DNA of 64,000 nt from Acidobacteriota bacterium (GCA_018000455.1 JAGNJW010000024.1:13632-77631), one strand, 5' to 3'; counted from the first letter of the stretch, positions 40,113 to 48,899 are shown. Numbers and translations are program-made. The notes: a model not told the origin generated them from the letters alone.

Positions 40113-40653
40113 GCGTCAGCGACAACTGCTCGCCGGGCTGGTCGTCGTGTTGGCCGTGCTCGGCGTGTGGCAATACATGGGCAGCTCGCCGGCGCCATTG
40201 GCCACGGTGGCGGCACGCCGGACCGAAACCGCCGTCGTCGTTCCGCTGCCGGTGGACGTCGCGCTCGATGCCCTCGAGGGCGCTCGGCTCGGCCCCGATG
40301 ATGGTGGCCGCAACCCGTTCGTATTTGGCATGCGGCAGGCCGCGCTGCCCGATACCGGGACGCGGCGTGCGGTCACGCGCCCAGCGGGCACGTCGGGGCC
40401 TGGGCCCACGATGGCGCCACCCGGCCCGCCCCCGCTGCCGCCGATTCCGTTCAAGTTCATCGGCCTGGTCGAAGGCGCGTCGAGCGCCAAGCGCATTGCC
40501 GTGCTCAGCGATTCGCAGGGCCTGGTGGCGCACGGCACCGAAGGGACTATCATCGACGGGCGGTTCCGGATTCTGTCGATCGGCGCCGAATCCATCGATA
40601 TCGCCTATGTGGACGGGCGTGGCCGCCAGACGTTGCGGCTGAGCGGCCAATAG
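40102..40653 (+). CDS. PilP/GspC-like protein (TM anchor, Pro-rich linker, beta-sandwich HR-type domain)
   Basis: TM LLAGLVVVLAVLGVW, an RNPF motif, a Pro-rich spacer, then FKFIGLVEGASSAKRIAVLSD...GRFRILSIGAESIDI, which resembles PilP/GspC HR domains. Confidence 0.6.
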   Translation: MPPERQRQLLAGLVVVLAVLGVWQYMGSSPAPLATVAARRTETAVVVPLPVDVALDALEGARLGPDDGGRNPFVFGMRQAALPDTGTRRAVTRPAGTSGPGPTMAPPGPPPLPPIPFKFIGLVEGASSAKRIAVLSDSQGLVAHGTEGTIIDGRFRILSIGAESIDIAYVDGRGRQTLRLSGQ

Positions 40654-40673
40654 CAGGGACAACGGGAGAACGC

Positions 40674-43199
40674 GTGGCGAGATCAGGGACACTGAAGGCC
40701 ATCGCCGTCGTGCTGGCGCTGGTCGTGGTGGCGGGGTGCGGCGCCAGCCGGTCCTACCGGCGAGGGCAGCAGGCAGACAACGCCCAGCAGTTCGACGAGG
40801 CGGTCGAGTACTACCGACAGGCGCTCCAGGGCGCGCCCGACAAGCCGGAGTACAAGATCGCGCTCGAGCGGGCGATGCAGGCGGCCGCGACCTTCCACGT
40901 GGCGCGCGGCCGGGCGTTCGAGGCCGAGGGGCGACCCGACGAGGCGCTGCGCGAGTACCGGCAGGCCAGCGAATACGACTCGTCGAACCGCTCGGTCGCG
41001 GCGCGCGCCGGCGAACTCGATCGCGAGCTGCGCGAAAGGCTCGAAGCCAGCCGGCCGCGGCCGGCGATTGAGGCGATGCGCGAGGAGGCCCGCCGCAACG
41101 CGGCCGAGCCGGCGCTCAATCCGACGTCGAAGGAGCCGCTCAACCTGCGCTTCTCGAACACCAGCCTGAAAGATCTGCTGAACTTCATCGGCAGCTCGAC
41201 CGGCATCAACGTCACCTACGACCGCGACTTCCAGGATCGCAGCGTCACGGTGCAGCTCGAGGGCGTCACGCTCAACGAGGCCCTGCAGCAGGTGATGCTG
41301 TCGAACCAGATCTTCTACAAGGTGCTCAACGAGCGCACCATCATTGTCGCCACCGACAACACCGCCAAGCGCCAGCAATACGAAGAGCAGGTCATCAAGA
41401 CCTTCTTCGTCTCACACGCCGACGCGGTGGAACTGGCGCAGTTGGTCAACACGGTCATCCTGGCGCCGCAGATGGCGATCCAGCCGCGCATCGCGCCCAA
41501 CAAGACCGCCAACACGCTCACCGTACGGGCGGCCGCGCCGGTGATGGAGATCATCGAGCAGGTCATCAAGATCAACGACAAGCCGCGCGCCGAAGTGATC
41601 GTCGACGTGCAGATTCTCGAAGTGAGCCGCGAGCGTGCCAAGCGGTTCGGCCTGAACCTCACCGACTACGCCATCGGTGGCATCTTCTCTCCGGAGCAGG
41701 CGCCCGGCGGCAGTTCGACCAGCACTGGCAGCGGTGGCACGACCACGACCAACGCCGGCGGCGCGACGGCGCCCTCGAACGTCGGCTCGCCGCCCGTCTT
41801 CAACGCCAACACGATTTCCACCGGCGTCAGCGCGGCCGACTTCTACCTGGCCGTTCCGGCCGCCATCGTGCGATTCCTGGAGAGCGACTCGCAGACCAAA
41901 ACGGTCGCCAAGCCGCAGTTGCGCGGCACCGAGGGGCAGAAGATCACGCTCAACCTCGGTGAGGAAGTGCCGGTGCCGAGCACGACCTTTACGCCGCTCG
42001 CCCAGGGCGGCGCCAACGCCAACCCCCTCACGTCGTTCACCTACCGGCCGATCGGCGTCATCGTCGAGATGACGGCGCGCGTGACCTACGAGGGCGACAT
42101 CGTGATGGATCTGACGCTCGAGAACAGCGCCCGCGGCCAGGACTCGACGATTGCCGGCCAGTCGCTGCCGGCCTTTGCCTCGCGCAAGGTGACCACGCGC
42201 CTGCGCCTGCGCGACGGCGAGTCGAACTTGCTGGCCGGACTCCTGCGCGAGGACGAACGGCGGTCACTGCGCGGGTTCCCGGGCATCCTGCGTCTGCCCC
42301 TGCTGCAGCAGCTCTTCGCCGACAACGACACCAACATCCGGCAGACCGACATCGTGATGTTGCTCACGCCCCGCATCATCCGGTCGCACCAGCTCACCAC
42401 GTCCGACCTGAGCCCGATCTACATCGGCACGCAGGCCAACATGGCCGTGGGCGGACCGCCGCCGGTCTTCGGCGGCGCAGACGTGGCGCCGCCGCCCGAC
42501 GCATCGCCTTCGGCGGAGCAGCCTTCCGCGCCGGTGGCAGGCACGCCGCCGCCCGCGCCAGCCGGCCAGCAGATCCCTGCCGGCAGCTCGGCGACGCCCG
42601 GCTTCACCGCCGCGCCAGCGGCACCGCCGGCGCCGACCAACCCGTTCCAGCTCGCGCCGCAGCCGGCGGTTCCAGCGCCGGACACGCCGACCACCGCCGC
42701 GACAGGGGCGCTGCCGCCGCCTCAGCAGGCCGGCGCGCCGCCGCCGCCGGTCGTCAACCCGTTCGCGGCGCCGGCCGCTCAGGCGCCGGCCATGGTGCTG
42801 GTCAGCCCGCCGGGCACTGACTTCCGCGTCGGCGGCGGACCGTACCTCGTGCCGATTTCGATCTCGAACGCCGCGCGCCTGTCGACGGTGTCGGTCTCGC
42901 TGTCGTTCAATCCCGCGGTGCTGCGTGTGCGCACGGTCCAGGAGGGTGAACTCATGCGGCAGGGCGGCGTGCAGGCCACCTTCACGCAGAAGGTCGACGC
43001 CGCCGCGGGCCGCGTCGACATCGCGGTCGTGCGGACCGGCGATGTGCTCGGAGCCTCGGGCACCGGCGTCGTCGGGGCGGTGCTCTTCGAGGCGGTTGGT
43101 CCCGGCACGTCGCCGCTGGCGCTCTCGGGCGTTGGGTCGCTGGCCGGCGGCGGTGCGGCGCCCTTCCAGTTCCAACCGGTGACGGTGGCGGTCAAGTAG
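40674..43199 (+). CDS. gspD: Secretin (GspD/PilQ family) lipoprotein with N-terminal TPR region and C-terminal Pro-rich linker plus cohesin-like domain
   Basis: Lipobox VVVAGC and TPR-like helices (aa about 35-120). Secretin N domains (LNLRFSNTSLKDLLNFIGSSTGINVTYD; FFVSHADAVELAQLV) and the secretin core (...LRGFPGILRLPLLQQLFADNDTNIRQTDIVMLLTPRII). Aa 593-706 are Pro/Ala-rich. Aa 707-841 (nt 42792-43196) follow the cohesin pattern (YLVPISISNAARLSTVSVSLSFNPAVLRVRTVQEGELM...GRVDIAVV...GVVGAVLFEAVGPGTSPL). Confidence 0.88.
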   Translation: MARSGTLKAIAVVLALVVVAGCGASRSYRRGQQADNAQQFDEAVEYYRQALQGAPDKPEYKIALERAMQAAATFHVARGRAFEAEGRPDEALREYRQASEYDSSNRSVAARAGELDRELRERLEASRPRPAIEAMREEARRNAAEPALNPTSKEPLNLRFSNTSLKDLLNFIGSSTGINVTYDRDFQDRSVTVQLEGVTLNEALQQVMLSNQIFYKVLNERTIIVATDNTAKRQQYEEQVIKTFFVSHADAVELAQLVNTVILAPQMAIQPRIAPNKTANTLTVRAAAPVMEIIEQVIKINDKPRAEVIVDVQILEVSRERAKRFGLNLTDYAIGGIFSPEQAPGGSSTSTGSGGTTTTNAGGATAPSNVGSPPVFNANTISTGVSAADFYLAVPAAIVRFLESDSQTKTVAKPQLRGTEGQKITLNLGEEVPVPSTTFTPLAQGGANANPLTSFTYRPIGVIVEMTARVTYEGDIVMDLTLENSARGQDSTIAGQSLPAFASRKVTTRLRLRDGESNLLAGLLREDERRSLRGFPGILRLPLLQQLFADNDTNIRQTDIVMLLTPRIIRSHQLTTSDLSPIYIGTQANMAVGGPPPVFGGADVAPPPDASPSAEQPSAPVAGTPPPAPAGQQIPAGSSATPGFTAAPAAPPAPTNPFQLAPQPAVPAPDTPTTAATGALPPPQQAGAPPPPVVNPFAAPAAQAPAMVLVSPPGTDFRVGGGPYLVPISISNAARLSTVSVSLSFNPAVLRVRTVQEGELMRQGGVQATFTQKVDAAAGRVDIAVVRTGDVLGASGTGVVGAVLFEAVGPGTSPLALSGVGSLAGGGAAPFQFQPVTVAVK

Positions 43200-43209
43200 G
43201 GGACTGGAC

Positions 43210-43692
43210 GTGAGCACCTGGGTCCGGCGCGCCGAGCGTGGCTACAGCTTCATCGAGTTGCTCATCGTCACGACGATCCTGTTGATCCTGGCAGCGGGCA
43301 TCCAGCCGCTGGCGCGGGTGACGATCCAGCGCCAGAAGGAAAGCGAACTGCGCCACAACCTGCGCGACATCCGCGAGGCCATCGATTCCTACTACGATCT
43401 GGTGGCCACGGGTCGGGTGCCGTCGACCGAGCTCAAGCCGGGCAACGAAGGCTATCCTCCGGATCTCGAGACCCTCGTCGAAGGGGTGCCGCTGGCGGGC
43501 GATGCGACCGGGCGGAGAGTCAAACTGCTGCGGCGGATCCCGGTCGATCCCATGACCGGCGATACCGACTGGGCGCTCCGCTCGTATCAGGACAAGCCCG
43601 ATTCGACGCGCTGGGGCGGACAGAACGTCTTCGACGTGCGGTCGACGAGCGGCGGCAAGGCGCTCGATGGCACCAAGTACAGTGACTGGTAG
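43210..43692 (+). CDS. GspG-like type II secretion pseudopilin (paralog 1)
   Basis: Prepilin motif ERG|YSFIELLIVTTILLILAAG, and a GspG-like body (LRDIREAIDSYY..., YPPDLETLV, LRRIPVDPMTG). Starts at GTG. Confidence 0.8.
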   Translation: MSTWVRRAERGYSFIELLIVTTILLILAAGIQPLARVTIQRQKESELRHNLRDIREAIDSYYDLVATGRVPSTELKPGNEGYPPDLETLVEGVPLAGDATGRRVKLLRRIPVDPMTGDTDWALRSYQDKPDSTRWGGQNVFDVRSTSGGKALDGTKYSDW

Positions 43693-43707
43693 GCCGCGAG
43701 GACCGCG

Positions 43708-44118
43708 ATGAGACTGCTACGCAGACAGCCGACACTGGCCGACGGGTTCACGCTGATCGAGCTGCTGATCGTGATGTCGCTCATCGTCGTGCTGTCGTCG
43801 GTGGCGCTCGTTGGCTATCAGAACAGCGTGATACGGGCGCGCGAAGCGGTGCTGATGGACGACCTCCACAAGCTGCGAGAAGCCATCGACCAGTACTACG
43901 CCGACAAGCAGAAGTGGCCGTCGACGCTCCAGGATCTCGTGACCGACGGCTACGTCCGCAAGATTCCAGACGACCCGATGACCAACTCGGCCGATACCTG
44001 GCAGACCGTACCCGCCGAGGCGGATCCGGCCAATCCGACGGCCGAGGCCGGGATTTTCGACGTCAAGAGCGGGTCGGACAAGACCTCGCTCGACGGCACG
44101 CCGTACGCCGATTGGTGA
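43708..44118 (+). CDS. gspG: GspG-family major type II secretion pseudopilin
   Basis: Prepilin motif ADG|FTLIELLIVMSLIVVLSSVAL, then the GspG signature ...AREAVLMDDLHKLREAIDQYYADKQKWPSTLQDLV..GYVRKIPDDPM. Confidence 0.85.
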   Translation: MRLLRRQPTLADGFTLIELLIVMSLIVVLSSVALVGYQNSVIRAREAVLMDDLHKLREAIDQYYADKQKWPSTLQDLVTDGYVRKIPDDPMTNSADTWQTVPAEADPANPTAEAGIFDVKSGSDKTSLDGTPYADW

Positions 44119-44141
44119 CGACCAACCGCTGAAGCCCGGCA

Positions 44142-44162
44142 CCGCGGGCGGACTCCCCGCGG
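44142..44162. terminator. Possible bidirectional hairpin terminator between convergent genes
   Basis: CCGCGGG (44142-44148), loop CGGACTC, CCCGCGG (44156-44162). It has no U-tract, so it is weak. Confidence 0.3.
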
Positions 44163-44187
44163 CGCGGATCACCGCCCCGCCACGGCG

Positions 44188-45387
44188 TCACACCCGAATC
44201 GTGATTTCCGTGAAGCCTTCCTGGCCGGTCGTGGTCACGACGCGCAGGCGCACGATGAAGGTGCCCGTCGACGTGTAGCGATGCGAGATCTGCGGGCCGG
44301 TCGTCGTCGCGCCCGAACCGTCGCCGAAGTCCCAGTCGTAGGTGCGGATGCTGCCCGCCACGGTGCCGGTGATGCTGGCGCTGAAGGTGACCAGGCCGGA
44401 GAGATTCGACAGCACCTGCAGCTGCACGCCCACGGTGCTGCGGTCGAAGACGTTCACGACGATCGATGACGTGCCGGTGAAGTTGAAGGCGTCGGTCGCC
44501 GTCGCCGAGATGGTGTAGCTGCCAGGCCTGTTGTAGATATGCGTCACCGTCGTCGCGGCGGGCACCGCGCCGAGTGTCTGGCTGGTGCCGTCGCCGAAGT
44601 CGAGTCTCACCGACCGGATGCCGGCGTTGGCGGCCGGCGTGAGCGTGATGATCGTCGGCAGGCCGGCTTCCGACGTGTTGGCCGCGCCGCCGACCGGGCT
44701 GGTGGCTGCCAGGGCCACCACCGGCAGGTCGCGCGCCGTGATCGTCACCTTTCCGGTGAGCGTGGTGGTGCTGCCACCGACCAGCGCCGTGACCTCGGCG
44801 GTGGTGCTGGTCGAGAGCTCCGTGCGGGCGTCGCCGGCGTCGTTCGTGAGCACCGAACTCTGAGATAGCTGGCCGGTCGTCGCCGAGAAAGCGACCGGGA
44901 CGCCGCGCAGCGGGTTGCCGCCCCTGTCGAGCACCGAGGCGATGATGCCGGTGGTGCCGCCGGTGCTCGGCACGAAGGGCGACTCGGCCCTGAGCGAGAC
45001 GACGGCCGCCGCGGCGGCGCCGACCAGGATCTCGACGTCCTCAGATTTGCTACCGCCCGAGAAGGCGCCGATCTTGGCGGCGCCCGACTGCGACCCGGCG
45101 ATGAAGCGCACCGTGGCCTGGCCGTTCTGGGTGCGCGCTTCGCGCGGCTCGACGGTGCCGAGCGACGATGTGAAGGTCACGACCGTGCCGTTCTGCACCG
45201 GCGTGCCGGCCGACTCGATGACGACCGCGACGATCTCGGTGCTGCCGGCCACCGGCAGCACGCCAAGCCCGGCGGTCAGGCGGATCGTCGTATTGGTGGG
45301 GGCCAGGAGCGGCACTTTGTCGCAGGCCGAGACGGCCAGCGCCGCCAGAAGTGAGCACAGCGTCGTAGTGCGAGAGATGGATGACAT
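44188..45387 (-). CDS. Lipoprotein with two Big_1 (invasin/intimin-like Ig) and two PKD domains
   Basis: Lipobox LAVSAC. Big_1-like repeats (STEIVAVVIESAGTPVQNGTVVTFTSSLGT...; GIIASVLDRGGNPLRGVPVAFSATTGQL). PKD signatures (VRLDFGDGTSQ...THIYNRPGSYTISATATD; YDWDFGDGSG...SHRYTSTGTFIVRLRV). Confidence 0.8.
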   Translation of the reverse strand: MSSISRTTTLCSLLAALAVSACDKVPLLAPTNTTIRLTAGLGVLPVAGSTEIVAVVIESAGTPVQNGTVVTFTSSLGTVEPREARTQNGQATVRFIAGSQSGAAKIGAFSGGSKSEDVEILVGAAAAAVVSLRAESPFVPSTGGTTGIIASVLDRGGNPLRGVPVAFSATTGQLSQSSVLTNDAGDARTELSTSTTAEVTALVGGSTTTLTGKVTITARDLPVVALAATSPVGGAANTSEAGLPTIITLTPAANAGIRSVRLDFGDGTSQTLGAVPAATTVTHIYNRPGSYTISATATDAFNFTGTSSIVVNVFDRSTVGVQLQVLSNLSGLVTFSASITGTVAGSIRTYDWDFGDGSGATTTGPQISHRYTSTGTFIVRLRVVTTTGQEGFTEITIRV

Positions 45388-45415
45388 GTGGCGGGTCGCT
45401 AACGATAATAGTTAC

Positions 45416-46387
45416 GTGCAGTTACGGGGTCAAGGCTGGTGCGGCGCCAGACCGGCTGGCGAACGGGGCTACATCATGGCGGCCCTGCTCGTCGGGCTGA
45501 GCGTGATGGCCGTCCTGATGGGCGTGGCCATGCCCGTGTGGAGCAAGCAGGCCCAGCGGGAGCGCGAGGAAGAGTATCTCTTCCGGGCCCACGAATACGC
45601 GCGCGGCATTCTCAAGTTCCAGCGCAAGGCTGGCCCCGGCACGCTGCCGCCGAGCCTCGATCTGCTCGTCGAGCAGCGCTTCGTGCGGCGCAAGTACAAG
45701 GATCCTCTGAACGGGCAAGACTTCCAGCCTGTCTATCAGACGGCGGCGCCCATCCAGCAGCCGGGAGGCGGCGCGGCCGGCGGCGCCACGCCGGGGCTCG
45801 TCAGTCCTGCCGGCGCGACCCCGACCTCGGGCTTCGGCGGCACGTCCACGCAGCAGACGGGCGGCACGTCCACCACGGGCCAGACGGCGGCGATGCCCGG
45901 CGCGCCCATCATCGGCGTCGTCTCGAAGAGCAAGGCCACGAGCATCAAGATCTTCAACGGCCGCACGCGCTACGACCAATGGGCGGTCACCTACCAGGAC
46001 GTCAAGCCCGGGAAGGGACTGCCGCCAGACATTCTGCAGGCGCTGACCCAGGCCGGCGGCGCCCAGCAGGGTCAGCCGGGCCAGCCGCCGACGGGCGGAG
46101 GCTTCGGTCAGCCGGGCGGGCAGGGGGGGCAGAACCCCTTCGGACAGCCCGGGCAGGGCAATCCGTTCGGTCAACCCGGCGCCGGCACGGGCAATCCATT
46201 TGGCCAGCCTGGTGGCGGCAATCCCATCGGCCAGCCACCGCCCGGTGCGAATCCGTTCGGTGCCCCCGGCACGAATCCCTTCCAGCCGGGCGGCTCCACC
46301 TTCACGCCAGCCTATCCGCCGCCTCCCGGACAGACCGGCACGTCGCCGTTCGGCGCGCCGCCTCCAGTGAAGAAGCAGCAGGATTAG
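45416..46387 (+). CDS. Pseudopilin-like protein lacking Glu+5 (GspK-like feature) with a low-complexity Gly/Pro/Gln (NPFGQPG)n C-terminal tail
   Basis: GERG|YIMAALLVGLSVMAVLMGVAMPVW resembles a prepilin N-terminus with Ala at +5. The GTG at 45416 gives a 17-aa leader; an ATG at 45476 is an alternative. The tail at nt about 46095-46295 encodes GGFGQPGGQGGQNPFGQPGQGNPFGQPGAGTGNPFGQPGGGNPIGQPPPGANPFGAPGTNPFQPGG. Confidence 0.6.
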   Translation: MQLRGQGWCGARPAGERGYIMAALLVGLSVMAVLMGVAMPVWSKQAQREREEEYLFRAHEYARGILKFQRKAGPGTLPPSLDLLVEQRFVRRKYKDPLNGQDFQPVYQTAAPIQQPGGGAAGGATPGLVSPAGATPTSGFGGTSTQQTGGTSTTGQTAAMPGAPIIGVVSKSKATSIKIFNGRTRYDQWAVTYQDVKPGKGLPPDILQALTQAGGAQQGQPGQPPTGGGFGQPGGQGGQNPFGQPGQGNPFGQPGAGTGNPFGQPGGGNPIGQPPPGANPFGAPGTNPFQPGGSTFTPAYPPPPGQTGTSPFGAPPPVKKQQD

Positions 46388-47454
46388 CGATCGGCGTCCC
46401 AGGCGTCGACGACCGCGTCGTGGAGCGCGACGCGAAGTCGGCGGATGCCGTCGGTGTCGTCTGAGGCGTGCACCCGGTTGGTGAGACACACGACGTAGAG
46501 ATCGCGCTCCGGGTCGATCCAGAGCGACGTGCCCGTGTAGCCCGTGTGACCGAAGGCGCGGGGCGACATCCTGGCGCCGCACGACGAGGTCGGCAGCATC
46601 GTGTCCCAGCCGAGCCCGCGCGAGCTGCCGGGCACCGCGCCGCGCGTGACGGCGCGGCTGGCGAGCGCCGCGGGAATGCCATGCGAGCTGTTCGCCGTGC
46701 CGCGCAGGAGTCCAAGCCACCAGCGCGCGAAGGAGCCCACGGCCGCGGCCGTGCCGAAGAGGCCGGCGTGCCCGGCGACACCGCCCAGCGCGGCGGCGTT
46801 GCTGTCGTGCACCTGGCCCGCCATCACGCGACCGCGCCACAAGTCGACGCCAGTGGGGGCGATTCGCTGGCGCCACGCCGGCCGCACGTCGAAGGCGATC
46901 TCGGCGCCCGGTATCACCTCGGCCACGAAACGGTCGAACTGCGTCGAGAGGCGCTGCTCGAGGGCGGCCTCGAGCAGCACGCCGAGCACGATGAAACCGA
47001 CATCCGTATAGACGTGCGTCGTTCGCGCGGGATACGCCGCCGGCTGGGCGGCGATCTGCGCCAGGTAGCCGGCAGGTCCTGCGACCGCGCGGTAGTAGGG
47101 ATGATGAGCAGGGAAGCCGGCCGTATGCTCCAGCAGATCCTGCACGGTGATCGTGTCGTGGGTGGAAAGTCCACCGAGGCGAGAGGCGACGCGCGCCGCG
47201 AGCGGCAGCCGGCCGGAGGCCTCGGCACCGAGGGCCAGAGTGGTTGTCGCGATCACCTTCGTGAGCGACGCCAGGTCGTAGATCGTGGCGAGCTCGACCG
47301 GCGCCGCGTCGGCGGCGTAGGTCACACGTCCAAGCGTCACGGTGTAGGCGGGCGCGGCACCGGTGCCGACGGCGACGACACCGCCCGGCGTCACGCGGGC
47401 GGCGATCGCCGCCGCAAGCACCTCTTGCACGGCGCGCGGCGCCTGTCCGCTCAT
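46384..47454 (-). CDS. Serine hydrolase of the beta-lactamase / penicillin-binding (class C-like) family
   Basis: SxxK active site (LASLTKVIATT), FGHTGYTGTSLWIDP near the C-terminus. The ATG at 47454 overlaps the stop of the upstream symporter. Confidence 0.8.
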   Translation of the reverse strand: MSGQAPRAVQEVLAAAIAARVTPGGVVAVGTGAAPAYTVTLGRVTYAADAAPVELATIYDLASLTKVIATTTLALGAEASGRLPLAARVASRLGGLSTHDTITVQDLLEHTAGFPAHHPYYRAVAGPAGYLAQIAAQPAAYPARTTHVYTDVGFIVLGVLLEAALEQRLSTQFDRFVAEVIPGAEIAFDVRPAWRQRIAPTGVDLWRGRVMAGQVHDSNAAALGGVAGHAGLFGTAAAVGSFARWWLGLLRGTANSSHGIPAALASRAVTRGAVPGSSRGLGWDTMLPTSSCGARMSPRAFGHTGYTGTSLWIDPERDLYVVCLTNRVHASDDTDGIRRLRVALHDAVVDAWDADR

Positions 47455-48878
47455 CCGCGAACGGGCGCCACCCGTGACAGTACCCACGCCGTCGCGACCG
47501 TCGTCGTCGCACCGATGAAGACGTACCAGGTGAAGGCCGTCGCCGTCAGGCCCCACACCGCGGTCATCGTGGCCAGGCCGGCCACCATGCCGATAAACGC
47601 GTCCCGTTCGCCCACTGACGGCATCCTGGTCGCGAGCAGGAAGGCGCCGAGCACCGATCCCGACGCGAACGACAACACGGCAAGACCGGCGTCGAGCACC
47701 GATCGGTCCATGAACTGCGCGCCGAGCGCGACCGCCACCTGCACCACACCCCAGCCGATGGTGATGCGGCGGGAGAGCGCGAGCAGAAAGGTCTCATCGA
47801 GCACGCGGCGCGCGCGCGGCTTGTAGAAATCGTTGATCGTCGTCGCCGCCATGGCGTTGAGCGAGGGCGACAGGGCCGCGGCGACGATCGCCGCGACGAT
47901 GAAGCCGGCGACGCCGGTCGGCAGGTAGTTGACGACGAAGTGCGGCAGCACCTGGTCCGTGCGGGCGAGCGGCTGGTCGAGCGGCAGGTGCTGGTGGAAC
48001 GTGAAGAGCATGATGCCGATGAGCAGGAACAAGATGAACTGCCCGAACACCACCACGCCGCTCAGCACGAGGCCGGTGGCCGCCGCGCGGGCGCTGGTGG
48101 CCGCCAGCAGGCGCTGCACGAGGAACTGGTCGGTGCCATGGGTGGCGAGGGTGAGCGCGACGCCGCCGATGAGGCCGGTCCAGAGCGTGTAGATCGCCGT
48201 CGGGTCGGTCGAGAGGTCGAGGACGGTGAACTTGCCGGCGGCCGCGCCCGCGCGCACCACCTCATCCCATCCGCCGGGGATGCGCTCGAGCAGCGCGAAG
48301 GCGACCACCGCAGCGCCAGCGGCATAGATGAACATCTGCACCACGTCGGTCCAGATGACGGCGGCGGCACCGCCGCGCACGGTGTAGACGATCATGATGG
48401 CGCCGACGATGAGCGTCGACCACGCCGTCGGGACGCCGGTGACGACGCTGATGACAATCGACGTCGCAAACAGCCGGATACCGTCTGCCAGCGATCTGGT
48501 CACCAGGAACAGACCGGCCGACAGCGTCGTCACGCGACGGCCGTAACGCCGCTGCAGCAATTCGTAGGAGGTCACGAAATCACCGCGAAAGTAGGCGGGA
48601 ATGAACAGCGCGCTGATGATCAGGCGGCCGATGATGTAGCCGAGCGCGAGCTGCAGGAAGGTCATGTTCCCGGCGTAGGCGGTGGCCGGGATGCCGATGA
48701 AGGTCAGCGTGCTCGTTTCGGTGGCGACGACGGTACAGCAGACCGCCCACCATGGCACCGAGTGGCCGCTCAGGAAGTAGTCGCGCGTCGTGTGTTGGAA
48801 GCGGCCGAACCACGAACCGAACGCCGTGATGGCCGCCAGGTAGGCGACGATGACGGCGTAGTCGAGCGGGGCGAGCAC
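47451..48878 (-). CDS. Sodium:solute symporter (SSS/SSF) family transporter
   Basis: 475 aa with about 13 TM segments. N-terminal pattern DYAVIVAYLAAITAFGSWF...DYFLSGHSVPWW is typical of the SSF family. Confidence 0.85.
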   Translation of the reverse strand: MLAPLDYAVIVAYLAAITAFGSWFGRFQHTTRDYFLSGHSVPWWAVCCTVVATETSTLTFIGIPATAYAGNMTFLQLALGYIIGRLIISALFIPAYFRGDFVTSYELLQRRYGRRVTTLSAGLFLVTRSLADGIRLFATSIVISVVTGVPTAWSTLIVGAIMIVYTVRGGAAAVIWTDVVQMFIYAAGAAVVAFALLERIPGGWDEVVRAGAAAGKFTVLDLSTDPTAIYTLWTGLIGGVALTLATHGTDQFLVQRLLAATSARAAATGLVLSGVVVFGQFILFLLIGIMLFTFHQHLPLDQPLARTDQVLPHFVVNYLPTGVAGFIVAAIVAAALSPSLNAMAATTINDFYKPRARRVLDETFLLALSRRITIGWGVVQVAVALGAQFMDRSVLDAGLAVLSFASGSVLGAFLLATRMPSVGERDAFIGMVAGLATMTAVWGLTATAFTWYVFIGATTTVATAWVLSRVAPVRG

Positions 48879-48899
48879 GCGCCAGTATAAGCTTCAAGA

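Noticed and set aside
44915-45415. 5' extension of the GspK-like ORF
   Set aside because: It lies wholly antisense to the Big/PKD lipoprotein gene. The prepilin-like signal appears only after 45416.
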